Part shown: piece by piece, positions 18,625 through 27,728 of the stretch
Numbering within the stretch: the first letter of the stretch is position 1
How the letters are laid out: each line of letters starts with the position of its first letter
From: Candidatus Heimdallarchaeota archaeon B3_Heim
GTDB taxonomy: Archaea > Asgardarchaeota > Heimdallarchaeia > Hodarchaeales > Hodarchaeaceae
Direction of reading: 5' to 3'
Length of the DNA stretch: 32,000 bases
Assembly: GCA_003144275.1 (NCBI GenBank)
Contig: NJBF01000016.1
Span: 1-32,000, forward strand
Translations under genes and position numbers: made by a program
Notes under the pieces: generated by a model
What the model saw: the letters and a program-made list of their open reading frames with translations, nothing else
Database searches by the model: none
What the model was told of the DNA's origin: nothing

Positions 18625-19716
18625 TTATATCAATTCAATTTCTGGATTTAAAAAGGTTAAGAGATAAGGAATAAGGGTATCTGAGTTTTTTACTACTAGC
18701 ATTGATATTCCTCCAATATTTCCGGCTTCGAAGGGGATATAATTGATGTATCTTGCTTTTTCCCCTTCTAGTTCAATTGTTAGATGATTTATTCCGAATG
18801 TGGTCGGATAAGAAATTGAATATTGACCAGAATTTTCAGGAAGAGTTGATTCCCCCAAACTTCCTTGAAACTTGGGGAGAAGATAGGCCATTCGTTCTAA
18901 CGCTAAAATAAGTTCGCTATAACAGATTTCTATACATTTCAACGGAGACGGTGTTTTACCATAAGCAAATTGTGAGTAAAAGAGGGAGGATTTTCGATCT
19001 CTAAAGGTAGGTAAATCAATCAATAAAGATATCACTCCAGAGGCCCGTGCAATAGGGCCGGCTAGACTAGTGTCAACTATTTCTGAGTTTGAAAGAAAAT
19101 TCATACTATTCAATGCTTTCTTAAGCGTTACTGAGTTTTCGATGATTTTTCTAACTCTTTTTACCATTCTTCTTTGACCATTAATTGAACGCATAAACAT
19201 GGAGATGGTAGTATGATCAAGCTGCTTTAAGGCAATTCCAGGTCTCATCACACCAAAAGGAAATTGAGAGTCCCATAAATTCTCAAATATATCTTGTACC
19301 GATGTAACACCTTGATAAGCAGTTTTAGAAAGGTTGGTTATTGAAAAAATCCTGGATATCTTTACAAAAATGTTAAAAATCAACAAAACCTTTTCCCAAT
19401 TTAATAAAAATCCTCTATATAGAGCCATTTTCTCAGATATAAATTGACCCGTTAATTTTTCAATTGCTTCAGTTAAAAAGATTTGACGAGAAAGAGCTGC
19501 AAGCGGTTGATCCTTTTCTAAACTGGAAATGACATTCATGTACGATTGATTTTGTAATTGACTATTCAATGACTTTTGTTGAAGCCAAAAATCCTTTGAG
19601 CTGCCTGTAAGTGCTGCGTTTACCACTTCCGTGTATTTACTTGGGGTAACTTTGTATAAATCAAGAATTTCGTTTCCTCCTCGTATGGCCTCCTGCATAG
19701 AAATTGATTCTGACAT
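18625..19716 (-). CDS. Degenerate homolog of group-4 [NiFe]-hydrogenase large subunit / NuoD lacking the Ni-binding cysteines
   Basis: 363 aa, collinear with EchE-type proteins as recalled: TEAIEKLTG, GVMRPG, AGPIARASGV, and C-terminal TFLNPEIELI in place of (T/S)IDPCxxC. Confidence 0.75.
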   Translation of the reverse strand: MSESISMQEAIRGGNEILDLYKVTPSKYTEVVNAALTGSSKDFWLQQKSLNSQLQNQSYMNVISSLEKDQPLAALSRQIFLTEAIEKLTGQFISEKMALYRGFLLNWEKVLLIFNIFVKISRIFSITNLSKTAYQGVTSVQDIFENLWDSQFPFGVMRPGIALKQLDHTTISMFMRSINGQRRMVKRVRKIIENSVTLKKALNSMNFLSNSEIVDTSLAGPIARASGVISLLIDLPTFRDRKSSLFYSQFAYGKTPSPLKCIEICYSELILALERMAYLLPKFQGSLGESTLPENSGQYSISYPTTFGINHLTIELEGEKARYINYIPFEAGNIGGISMLVVKNSDTLIPYLLTFLNPEIELI

Positions 19717-19835
19717 TCCATTTTATAAAGTTCAGCTTCACTTCATCGATATATTGTACGGCAAATTTATCTATACAAGAGCGAAATTGTCGCTGCGATA
19801 GTTATTCACTTATTATCGAATTCAGAGGTGACAAT

Positions 19836-21935
19836 GTGGGTCTAAAGCCAGAACGTATGAGTATTGCCAAAATTACAGTTGATCACGCAGCAGGCCGATC
19901 TTTTCTGAGTAATATTGGGGCTAAACTTGAGCTAGAATTAATTGATTTAGTAAAGACAATCAGTATTGAGCCCAACCCCCTAACTGAGGAAGAATCCAAA
20001 ACAATAGCATTATTAGAAGAATTTTCGCGCCTTACCGCCTTAATTGATTCATTATCACTCACAAATAAGCATCAGAAGATTGATCTTGAGCGAGATGAGC
20101 TGGAGGAGATAAATTTCGAGGCTGAAAAATTATTTGGCCGAAATGAAAATATTATTACCGAGGTTGAGAACCTTAAAGCTCAGGAACTTAATTTAAAGGA
20201 GGTTCATACAGCAGTTCAATCACTCGAGGCATTACAGGGATTAGATATTCATGATGTCCAAGAATTTGGAACTGGTACTCATTTTTACGCAGTTCTTGGT
20301 TTTCTTAAAGGAATTCATAGCTTCCGCTTAGAAATGGCTCTCGATCAGTTAACTGGTGGTGAATTCATCTATAAGCCCATCAGTTCAGACAAAACCAAAA
20401 TTATATGTTTGATTGGCGTTATGAAGCGATTTAGTGGTCCTTTGGATCGCCTTCTGAGTGGACTTGGTTTTGAACCTATCACTATCCCTCCCAAAATTGT
20501 CGGTTCGCCTGAAGAAGCAAAAAGTAAAGCAGAATCTCTTCTAGAACACGTTGAATTAGATTATTTAACACTAAAAGAAAAAATTAACACTGAATTAGGG
20601 AATGAAATTAATAATATTCGAGCTATGACTGAGCAGCTTGAGATTGAATCCACTCGAATTTCTCTTCTTCAGCGAAGTCAGTTGAAAAATGAGAAGTATA
20701 TAATATGGTCTTGGATCCCTAAACGACAGATTAAATCACTTAAACGGATGACAGCTAAAATCGATTCTAGCATTACTTTAAACATCATTAAAAAACCTAA
20801 ACTTGAAAGTGAAGAATTTCCCACATCTATCCATAACAATATATATTCTCGGAATTATGAGAATCTAATTCATGGATTTGGAACCCCTGGATACAATGAA
20901 TGGGATCCTACCAAAATCCTGAGCATTTTAATGCCCATTTTCTTTGGTATTATGTTTGGAGACGTGGTTGATGGGTTTATTGTCTTTCTAATTGGTTTAT
21001 ATGGATTATCATTGAATGTAGATAAGTATTCCAAAAATTCAATGCTTTCCGAGCTTCAAACGTATTTCGATAAAGGTGGGCCTATCTTAGTTACCTTTGG
21101 ATTAACTGCTATGGTTTTTGGGTTTTTATTCGGAAGCTTTCGTGGTTTAGGCGGGGACCATGCGCATCATCTCGGTCTTGAACCCTTGTGGTTTAGTCCT
21201 GAGGCTGAAGGAGGCCAATTCGCATTATTGGAATTTGCTATAGTACTTGGCATACTTGTGATTTCACTTGCTTTGTTTATGCAGTTTATCCATCTGTTAT
21301 CACATAATAAATGGGAAGCCATATTTTTCCCTGGAATGTTCCTAATATTCTACATTTCACTATCATTTTTAGTCTTTGCTTACGGTCCCGATCCAACAAA
21401 GTGGATTTCGGAAACTACTGGAACTGTTAACCTAATCGCGTTACAAGATAAAACAGCTCAAAGTCTGATAGGTCATACTTTCGATCTTGACTGGGTTACC
21501 GAATTGGGTATACCTGTGTTCGCCATTGGTTCTGTTAGTTACCCCATGTTCTTTTTACTAACATCGTTTATATTAACGACATTATATCAGTTCAAACATG
21601 GTATGGATGGTATTAGTGAATGGTTAGATTACTTAATCACAATGATCTCAAACACGATATCCTTTGCTCGAATATTCGCATACAATATGGTGCATGGATC
21701 ATTATCTTTGGTTTTCATACAAATTTTTGCAGGTAGCGGAGAAGGATGGGCGGATGTATTACCAGGAATGATTTTAGGAGCTCCCATTGTTATCGGTCTA
21801 GAACTACTAGTATCTTTCTTACAATCCTTACGTCTCTGTTGGGTAGAATTTTTCGGAAAATTAGGTTATCTAGGGACTGGTCGTAAATTTATTCCATTTA
21901 AAGAAAACCGTAGGTTTACAGCAATTGCAGGCTAA
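19836..21935 (+). CDS. ntpI: A/V-type ATPase subunit I (a)
   Basis: LKPERM N-terminus, DPTKI...PIFFGIMFGDVVDG, SNTISFARIFA (essential Arg), LQSLRLCWVEFFGK. GTG 19836 follows a GAGGTGA RBS. Confidence 0.93.
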   Translation: MGLKPERMSIAKITVDHAAGRSFLSNIGAKLELELIDLVKTISIEPNPLTEEESKTIALLEEFSRLTALIDSLSLTNKHQKIDLERDELEEINFEAEKLFGRNENIITEVENLKAQELNLKEVHTAVQSLEALQGLDIHDVQEFGTGTHFYAVLGFLKGIHSFRLEMALDQLTGGEFIYKPISSDKTKIICLIGVMKRFSGPLDRLLSGLGFEPITIPPKIVGSPEEAKSKAESLLEHVELDYLTLKEKINTELGNEINNIRAMTEQLEIESTRISLLQRSQLKNEKYIIWSWIPKRQIKSLKRMTAKIDSSITLNIIKKPKLESEEFPTSIHNNIYSRNYENLIHGFGTPGYNEWDPTKILSILMPIFFGIMFGDVVDGFIVFLIGLYGLSLNVDKYSKNSMLSELQTYFDKGGPILVTFGLTAMVFGFLFGSFRGLGGDHAHHLGLEPLWFSPEAEGGQFALLEFAIVLGILVISLALFMQFIHLLSHNKWEAIFFPGMFLIFYISLSFLVFAYGPDPTKWISETTGTVNLIALQDKTAQSLIGHTFDLDWVTELGIPVFAIGSVSYPMFFLLTSFILTTLYQFKHGMDGISEWLDYLITMISNTISFARIFAYNMVHGSLSLVFIQIFAGSGEGWADVLPGMILGAPIVIGLELLVSFLQSLRLCWVEFFGKLGYLGTGRKFIPFKENRRFTAIAG

Positions 21936-21972
21936 GATAAATAGGATTAAAAAAGATTAAGAATGTGAAAAT

Positions 21973-23052
21973 ATGGCTTTTCATCAGATCCGTGAAGCAA
22001 AGGACTATTCTTTTATTAACGCAAGGATCAAAGCGCGTCGAAGCCAGCTCCTATCCACAAGTGATTATGAGCACATTCTAGGTATTTCTTTGGAAGATGG
22101 AATTTCCGTACTGCTTAATCATCCCCGCTATCATGATGCATTTGAAGATATTTCATATCAGTCGAGTCAACTCTCATTAATGATAGAAAAGTCATTAAAT
22201 GACTCAATTGAGGTTGAAATACATTCATTAATAAAGAATCTTCCTAATACCGATCAAGAATTTTTATTATTCTATTTGAAAAAAAATTATCTGAAAATCA
22301 TTGAAGATATTCTCCATAAATTGCATAACTCGGATACCAAACCTTTAGATTTAACAAATCGCTATATTACCTCTCCTGAGGAACGTGTGGAACTAATCCA
22401 TGCAACACAAGTCACCTCAATAGAAGAGCTCGCAGAAACAGTATCAGAAAAGTGGTTGCGTAAGGCAATTCTCTCCTCGTTAGATAAATACAATGAAACA
22501 CAAAATATCCTAGAGATCGTTTATCGAATAGAACGTGCATTCTATGACGAATTATGGAGAGAAAAGATAGGAAATCTCAAGAGAATGAGTAAATCCATCG
22601 CTGAGAAAGTCATTGGAATAGAAATAGACTTGAACAATATCAACATTGTTCTTAGACAAAAAGCCATGCATAAAATTGTTTCTTCAATCGATTCCCTAGT
22701 TATACCCCTTTACTACCGTTTAAAATCGGATTTTGATGATTTGCTGAATGCCCCGTCACTTGCAAGTGCATTCTCGGTACTAGAATCAACCTATTACGTT
22801 GATTTTGCCCGAAAGGTTCATAATAGTTATACCATGAAAAATACGATCGAAATGCTGGAACAGATTCAACAAGAATACTTCTTACAGTCTCTAACAAGTA
22901 TTATGGCAGGTTATCCTTTCCATCTTGGTATTTTACTAAGTTATTACCACTATCGAAAGCAAGAGGTTGAAAACCTCCGTATTATCTTCGAGTCAAAAAT
23001 TAAAGATATAGATATTGAATTTACACGAAATTTACTCATTTACAGCAAATGA
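21973..23052 (+). CDS. ntpC: A/V-type ATPase subunit C (d)
   Basis: YSFINARIKARRSQLL, EIDLNNINIVLR, YHYRKQEVENLRII; lies between the I and K genes. Confidence 0.9.
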   Translation: MAFHQIREAKDYSFINARIKARRSQLLSTSDYEHILGISLEDGISVLLNHPRYHDAFEDISYQSSQLSLMIEKSLNDSIEVEIHSLIKNLPNTDQEFLLFYLKKNYLKIIEDILHKLHNSDTKPLDLTNRYITSPEERVELIHATQVTSIEELAETVSEKWLRKAILSSLDKYNETQNILEIVYRIERAFYDELWREKIGNLKRMSKSIAEKVIGIEIDLNNINIVLRQKAMHKIVSSIDSLVIPLYYRLKSDFDDLLNAPSLASAFSVLESTYYVDFARKVHNSYTMKNTIEMLEQIQQEYFLQSLTSIMAGYPFHLGILLSYYHYRKQEVENLRIIFESKIKDIDIEFTRNLLIYSK

Positions 23053-23117
23053 TGTATGAAAATGATTCATAGAATCCAATAGAAAATTTAAAATGATAAT
23101 TTAAAAGGTGAAAAAAC

Positions 23118-23474
23118 ATGAACACAACACAATTAAAACAGATTTTTAAGGTAAAAATCGTTGTAGGCACATTAGTATTAGTCTTTCTAAGTCTTACGAT
23201 CGCTGTCTCTTCAGTTGTTGCCAGTCCAGAGTCAACACAATCAGTTACTCAAGAGGATTCCAACTGGGGAATTGGTTTAGGAGCAGGTATTGCTATTGGT
23301 TTAGCTGGTTTAGGAGCAGGACTTGGGCTTGGATCAGCAAGCTCTGCTGCAATTGGGGCAATAGCAGAAAGGCCAGAAGTATTCGGAAGAACGATAATTT
23401 TCATTGCGTTCATAGAAGGAATAGGAGTCTTCGGGTTCGTTATAGCATTCCTACTTTCCCTATCATTAGGTTGA
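23118..23474 (+). CDS. ntpK: A/V-type ATPase proteolipid subunit K (c), single hairpin with N-terminal signal-like extension
   Basis: GLAGLGAGLGLG, IAERPEVFG, FIAFIEG (ion-binding Glu). Confidence 0.92.
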   Translation: MNTTQLKQIFKVKIVVGTLVLVFLSLTIAVSSVVASPESTQSVTQEDSNWGIGLGAGIAIGLAGLGAGLGLGSASSAAIGAIAERPEVFGRTIIFIAFIEGIGVFGFVIAFLLSLSLG

Positions 23475-23550
23475 TTGGTATAGTCAGGATTAATAACGTA
23501 ATTTTGTTAATGGATCTTTGCTTTTGAACCAGATTAAACAGTTCGATATA

Positions 23551-23567
23551 GGGAAAAGGTTTTTCCC
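23551..23567. terminator. Hairpin GGGAAAA-GGT-TTTTCCC between convergent genes
   Basis: Perfect 7-bp stem read directly; function inferred. Confidence 0.4.
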
Positions 23568-23651
23568 TCCATAAAACAGCTAATTTCAAACCTTGAAATG
23601 CAAAGATCCAAAAATCCCCCTATCTCTTTATAATTCCGACCAAATATAGTT

Positions 23652-23966
23652 CTACATTTCTTCTTCTTTTTCACTTTTAAGAATCAAGCTACTAAGTGTT
23701 TTCTGTTGTCTTGACACTAGAAGGGCATCTTTTTTTGCTTGATATTGTACAATAACATATAGTTCTATTATGGCAAGGATGAAAAAAACAATGACGGTCA
23801 ATATAAGTACAAATTCACTCAGGGGAGATTCAAAATATTTTGAAAGGAAACTCCCTATAAAAACTCCAAGAATAACCATAATAGGCAAATTGAAAGCCGA
23901 AGCTGCAATATTAGCTGGAGTGCCTAGCTGCCGTCTTCTTTTTTGTTTAATTGTCATGGTAGTCAA
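23652..23966 (-). CDS. Small two-TM protein resembling the AtpZ/AtpI (ATPase gene 1) family
   Basis: FNLPIMVILGVFIGSFLSKYFESP followed by a second TM helix. TTG start overlaps the stop of the Fe-S subunit gene (alternative ATG 23957). Confidence 0.6.
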   Translation of the reverse strand: MTTMTIKQKRRRQLGTPANIAASAFNLPIMVILGVFIGSFLSKYFESPLSEFVLILTVIVFFILAIIELYVIVQYQAKKDALLVSRQQKTLSSLILKSEKEEEM

Positions 23967-24454
23967 CTAAATTGTCTCTCATTCACATCATATATACTCT
24001 CGATGATTTGTTTATATCCCGTACAACGACAGATAATTCCGTTTATCATCTCTTGTATCTCTGAAAAAGTGAATCGTTGCTGTTGAGTAAGAATATAATG
24101 ACCCATAATAAGGAATGCTCCTGTACAAAATCCACATTGAACTGCACCGTGTTTGATGAAAGCGTTTTGCAGCTCATTTGCGTTTTCTTTAGTAGAAATT
24201 CCTTCCACTGTGACGATCTTGCAGTTCATTGCTTCTTGGGCTAGAACTAAACACGATTTTACTGGTTTATCATCAAGAAGAACTGTACAAATTCCGCAAT
24301 CTCCAGCCCAACAAGCCGCTTTTACTGATTTCACCTGAAACTGATTCCGTAAAACATCTAATAACGTCTCATTGGAAGTGATATTCGTAAGTCGTTTCTG
24401 GCCATTAAGTGTGATAGAAAGTGTTTTCATTCCTAGAGTATCCTCTTTAATCAT
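23963..24454 (-). CDS. Xanthine dehydrogenase-family small subunit, 2x[2Fe-2S] (CoxS/CutS-like)
   Basis: CWAGDCGICTV...SC and QCGFC...CRCTGY. Confidence 0.95.
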   Translation of the reverse strand: MIKEDTLGMKTLSITLNGQKRLTNITSNETLLDVLRNQFQVKSVKAACWAGDCGICTVLLDDKPVKSCLVLAQEAMNCKIVTVEGISTKENANELQNAFIKHGAVQCGFCTGAFLIMGHYILTQQQRFTFSEIQEMINGIICRCTGYKQIIESIYDVNERQFS

Positions 24455-25317
24455 TCTAATACCTCCTTGAGTATAGTTCTAGTAACCATTTCAGCCATAT
24501 GCATTCTATATTTCTTACTGGCACGTATATCATCAATTGGTCTCAAGATTGGAGTAATTACATCCCATATATCTCTGAATTTTGCTTCATCAAGTTCCTT
24601 TCTCTCTCGGACAATATTATCGGTTATATCGATCAATAGAGGAGTTGGCGCCATGGCGGTATAAGATAAGCACGTCTTTTTTTCATTGTGAAAGCAAGCT
24701 ACGCCAACTAGCGCTAAGTCTTCTGAACTTCGCTTCATCTTCTTAAAAGAGGATCTTGATCCCTTCTTAGGACGCGGTATACTAATGGAAGTAATAATTT
24801 CATCTGAAGTTAAGAGATTACGTTTTACACCAGTAAAAAACTCATTGATTGGGACTGTCCGTTGCCCCTTTGCTAAAGATGAAATATTAATTTTTGCATC
24901 TAAAACGTAAAGAGAAGCTGCAGAATCAGCTGCAGGTGACGATGTACCAATATTTCCACCAATAGTAGCCCGATATCGAAGAATTTCGTCCGCTAAATCT
25001 GCCAAGGATTGATATAATGCGAGATATTCCTCTTTTATAATTGGGATTGTAAGAACTTCTATAATAGGTGTGACAGCACCAATTTTAAGTTCTTGCTCCG
25101 TTATTCTTATAGTTTGAAGTTCTGGTATCATTTTCAGATTAATAAGAACTTTTGGTTGAATTAATCGATGACGTAGTTCGATTAATAGATCTGTTCCCCC
25201 TGCAAGTAATCGTGCTTTATTTTGATACTGATCAAGAAGCTCTAAAGCTTCTTTTAATGATGAAGGAGTAATTAAATTAAATTTTGGAAGACTTGAGTAT
25301 GAAATGATGTTCTTCAT
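24451..25317 (-). CDS. Xanthine dehydrogenase-family FAD subunit (CoxM/CutM-like)
   Basis: LLAGGTDLL, RYRATIGGNI, ADSAASL, DDIRASKKYR; ATGA overlaps with its neighbours. Confidence 0.95.
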   Translation of the reverse strand: MKNIISYSSLPKFNLITPSSLKEALELLDQYQNKARLLAGGTDLLIELRHRLIQPKVLINLKMIPELQTIRITEQELKIGAVTPIIEVLTIPIIKEEYLALYQSLADLADEILRYRATIGGNIGTSSPAADSAASLYVLDAKINISSLAKGQRTVPINEFFTGVKRNLLTSDEIITSISIPRPKKGSRSSFKKMKRSSEDLALVGVACFHNEKKTCLSYTAMAPTPLLIDITDNIVRERKELDEAKFRDIWDVITPILRPIDDIRASKKYRMHMAEMVTRTILKEVLE

Positions 25318-27689
25318 TGTTTTTCCTCCATCAATTTTTTCTTTAAAGAGGCAATTAACTCAGGCCTCTGCTTTTGAATTTCAGACCAGACTCTTTCTGA
25401 AGTAATTGGTAAATCAAATATTTGTACATTAATTGCATCTGCAATTGCATTTCCTAATGCGGCTGGTACACCAATCATTGTTAGTTCTCCAATACCTCGT
25501 GCTCCGTGTGGACCATCCTCTTGGGGATTTTCAATAAAGTATGAAGAGAATTCCTTTGGAATATCTCCAGGTCGGGCAATAATATAATCAACAAAGCTGG
25601 GATTAAGCAACTCCCCGGTCTTAGAATATTGTAGTTGCTCAGATGTGGCAATAGAAAGGGCCATGACACTGCCGCCAATTACTTGCCCTTCACATAATTG
25701 TGGATTGATAGCTTTCCCTATATCAAAAGCAGAGACTATTTGATTGATTTTAATTTCTCCAGTTAATGCATTAAGTTCAAGTTCGACACCTTGAGCTCCA
25801 AAAGTTTCAAATATGGCAGGATTGCCAGCTCCTGTGTCAGGATCCAGGATAGTCATTTTAGCAATATATTTCCCATGACCAATAACAGGCCCACCAATGG
25901 ATTCGCCTGTTGGATACATATAGCCCATCACCACTTCAGAGAGACTCAAGTGATTCCACGGTTCACCTTTAGGAAAAATTAATTCGTTTTTAATGACTAA
26001 ATCATCTTTTATCACTCTTAATACTTGAGAAGCAGTTTCAAATATCTGTTCTTTTGCATTAAGACAGGCATTTTGGACAGCATTTCCATCCATAAATAGA
26101 GATCGTGATCCAACGGTTTGCCATGTATAGGCATCTCTATCAGTATCTCGATCTCCTCTAATTTTTACTTTCTCAATTGGTAAACCAAGTTCATCTGCCG
26201 CAATTTGTGCTAAGCTAGTTAACGTACCTTGACCCATTTCTGAGGTTCCAACTGAAAGTATAATACTCCCATCTTCATTAAACTTAACGTAAGATGAAGA
26301 GGCACTGTTTGGGGGTTGTGCAGGTCCTTTCATAAAACCAGCAATCCCAACACCTCTAAAAATCCATGGTTTAAGGGGAGGAGTCTTTTTCCTTTTCTTA
26401 GTGAGTTCACTCCAAACTTTATCTAAACATTCATCGATACTGCCAGCATCCTCTCTCAGACGATATTGATTCCCTGTAATCCCCGAACCTGGCTTTAAAG
26501 TATTTATCTTGCGAAAAGTAACTGACCCTAATCCTAATTTTTTTGCGATGATTTCATTTTGTCGTTCGATTACCCAATGAAGCTCTAAATGCCCAAAACC
26601 ACGAAAAGCAGTCGCATAAGGTTTATTCGTATAAACCGTGTAAGAATCTGATTTAATATGATCTATTTCGTACGGGCCGATTGAAACATAGCCAGCAGCT
26701 CTGCCTACATTGACCGCATAGTCAGCAAAGGCTCCTGAATCCCAAATATATTCAATCTGCTGAGCTGTTATTTTCCCTTGCTTAGTAACACCTGTCTTCA
26801 GATTTGCTACCATTCCAACTCGTATCGGAGCGCTTCTAAAGTTCTCTTCTCTTGTCAAATGTAATTTAACAGGACGATTGTTCGCTTTTCGAGAGAGTAA
26901 AACGACCAAAGGTTCAAAATTAAGTCCTGCTTTTCCTCCAAATCCACCTCCAAGGAGAGGTGAGTATACAGTAATATTAGATGTCGATGTTGCAAAAGTA
27001 ATACCCAATAGATAACGTACGGTGAATGGTGATTGGGCAGAGGACCATACTTCTATAGTTCCGTCTTTACGGTAATGTCCTATAGAAACTATAGGTTCTA
27101 AGTATGCATGGGAGATTTGGGGCATACTATAACTGTGTTCGAAGATTTCATCAGCTTGTTTAAACCCATCTTCTATGTTACCTTTTCGTAATTTAAAATG
27201 ATTTGCTACATTTGTTCCTGGAATAGGATGAAAAGCGGGAGAATGATTGTAATCAGCCATTTTTTCATGAACTAATATTTGTTTGGAGTCCATTGCTTTA
27301 ACAGGGTCTAAAATAGGTTCTAATGGCTCATATTCTATCTTTATTAATGATAGAGCTTCTTCAGCAATAGTCTCTGATTCTGCAGCTACCGCCACAACAG
27401 GTTGACCAATCCAAACAACTTTTTCGACTGCGAGAATATCCCGGTCTCCAGCGTAAAGACCAATTTTCACAGGCCAATCCTTTCCAGTAACAATAGCAAC
27501 AACCCCAGGCAATATTTCTGCTTCGGCTGTGTCTATTGAAAGTATTTTTCCGTGTGCGATTGGAGAGGCAAGAAATTTTCCTGTAAGCATATTTGGAATG
27601 TAATCTATGTCAACTGCATACATCGCCTGGCCAGATACTTTATCTCTTGCATCTTTTCGGGGAACTGACTGACCTACATACTCATTCAT
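25314..27689 (-). CDS. Xanthine dehydrogenase-family molybdopterin-binding large subunit; substrate unknown
   Basis: GGGFGGK, AFRGFG, GTSEMGQG, GSRS, AINPQLCEGQVIGG, GARGIGE. Confidence 0.93.
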   Translation of the reverse strand: MNEYVGQSVPRKDARDKVSGQAMYAVDIDYIPNMLTGKFLASPIAHGKILSIDTAEAEILPGVVAIVTGKDWPVKIGLYAGDRDILAVEKVVWIGQPVVAVAAESETIAEEALSLIKIEYEPLEPILDPVKAMDSKQILVHEKMADYNHSPAFHPIPGTNVANHFKLRKGNIEDGFKQADEIFEHSYSMPQISHAYLEPIVSIGHYRKDGTIEVWSSAQSPFTVRYLLGITFATSTSNITVYSPLLGGGFGGKAGLNFEPLVVLLSRKANNRPVKLHLTREENFRSAPIRVGMVANLKTGVTKQGKITAQQIEYIWDSGAFADYAVNVGRAAGYVSIGPYEIDHIKSDSYTVYTNKPYATAFRGFGHLELHWVIERQNEIIAKKLGLGSVTFRKINTLKPGSGITGNQYRLREDAGSIDECLDKVWSELTKKRKKTPPLKPWIFRGVGIAGFMKGPAQPPNSASSSYVKFNEDGSIILSVGTSEMGQGTLTSLAQIAADELGLPIEKVKIRGDRDTDRDAYTWQTVGSRSLFMDGNAVQNACLNAKEQIFETASQVLRVIKDDLVIKNELIFPKGEPWNHLSLSEVVMGYMYPTGESIGGPVIGHGKYIAKMTILDPDTGAGNPAIFETFGAQGVELELNALTGEIKINQIVSAFDIGKAINPQLCEGQVIGGSVMALSIATSEQLQYSKTGELLNPSFVDYIIARPGDIPKEFSSYFIENPQEDGPHGARGIGELTMIGVPAALGNAIADAINVQIFDLPITSERVWSEIQKQRPELIASLKKKLMEEKQ

Positions 27690-27728
27690 TCAATTTTCAC
27701 CATAAGTATTGAGAAGGTTTGTAATACG

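Noticed and set aside
18625-19716. Functional [NiFe]-hydrogenase or ordinary NuoD
   Set aside because: Both CxxC motifs and the NuoD quinone-site motifs are missing, and there are no partner subunit genes nearby.
19704-19835. Extended N-terminus of subunit I as given by the ORF track
   Set aside because: It overlaps the divergent gene. GTG 19836 has a GAGGTGA RBS and gives the typical LxPExM start.
25314-27689. Aerobic CO dehydrogenase (coxL) or 4-hydroxybenzoyl-CoA reductase
   Set aside because: The loop is AFRGFG rather than AYxCSFR or AYxGAGR, and the FAD subunit lacks the Fe-S insert.
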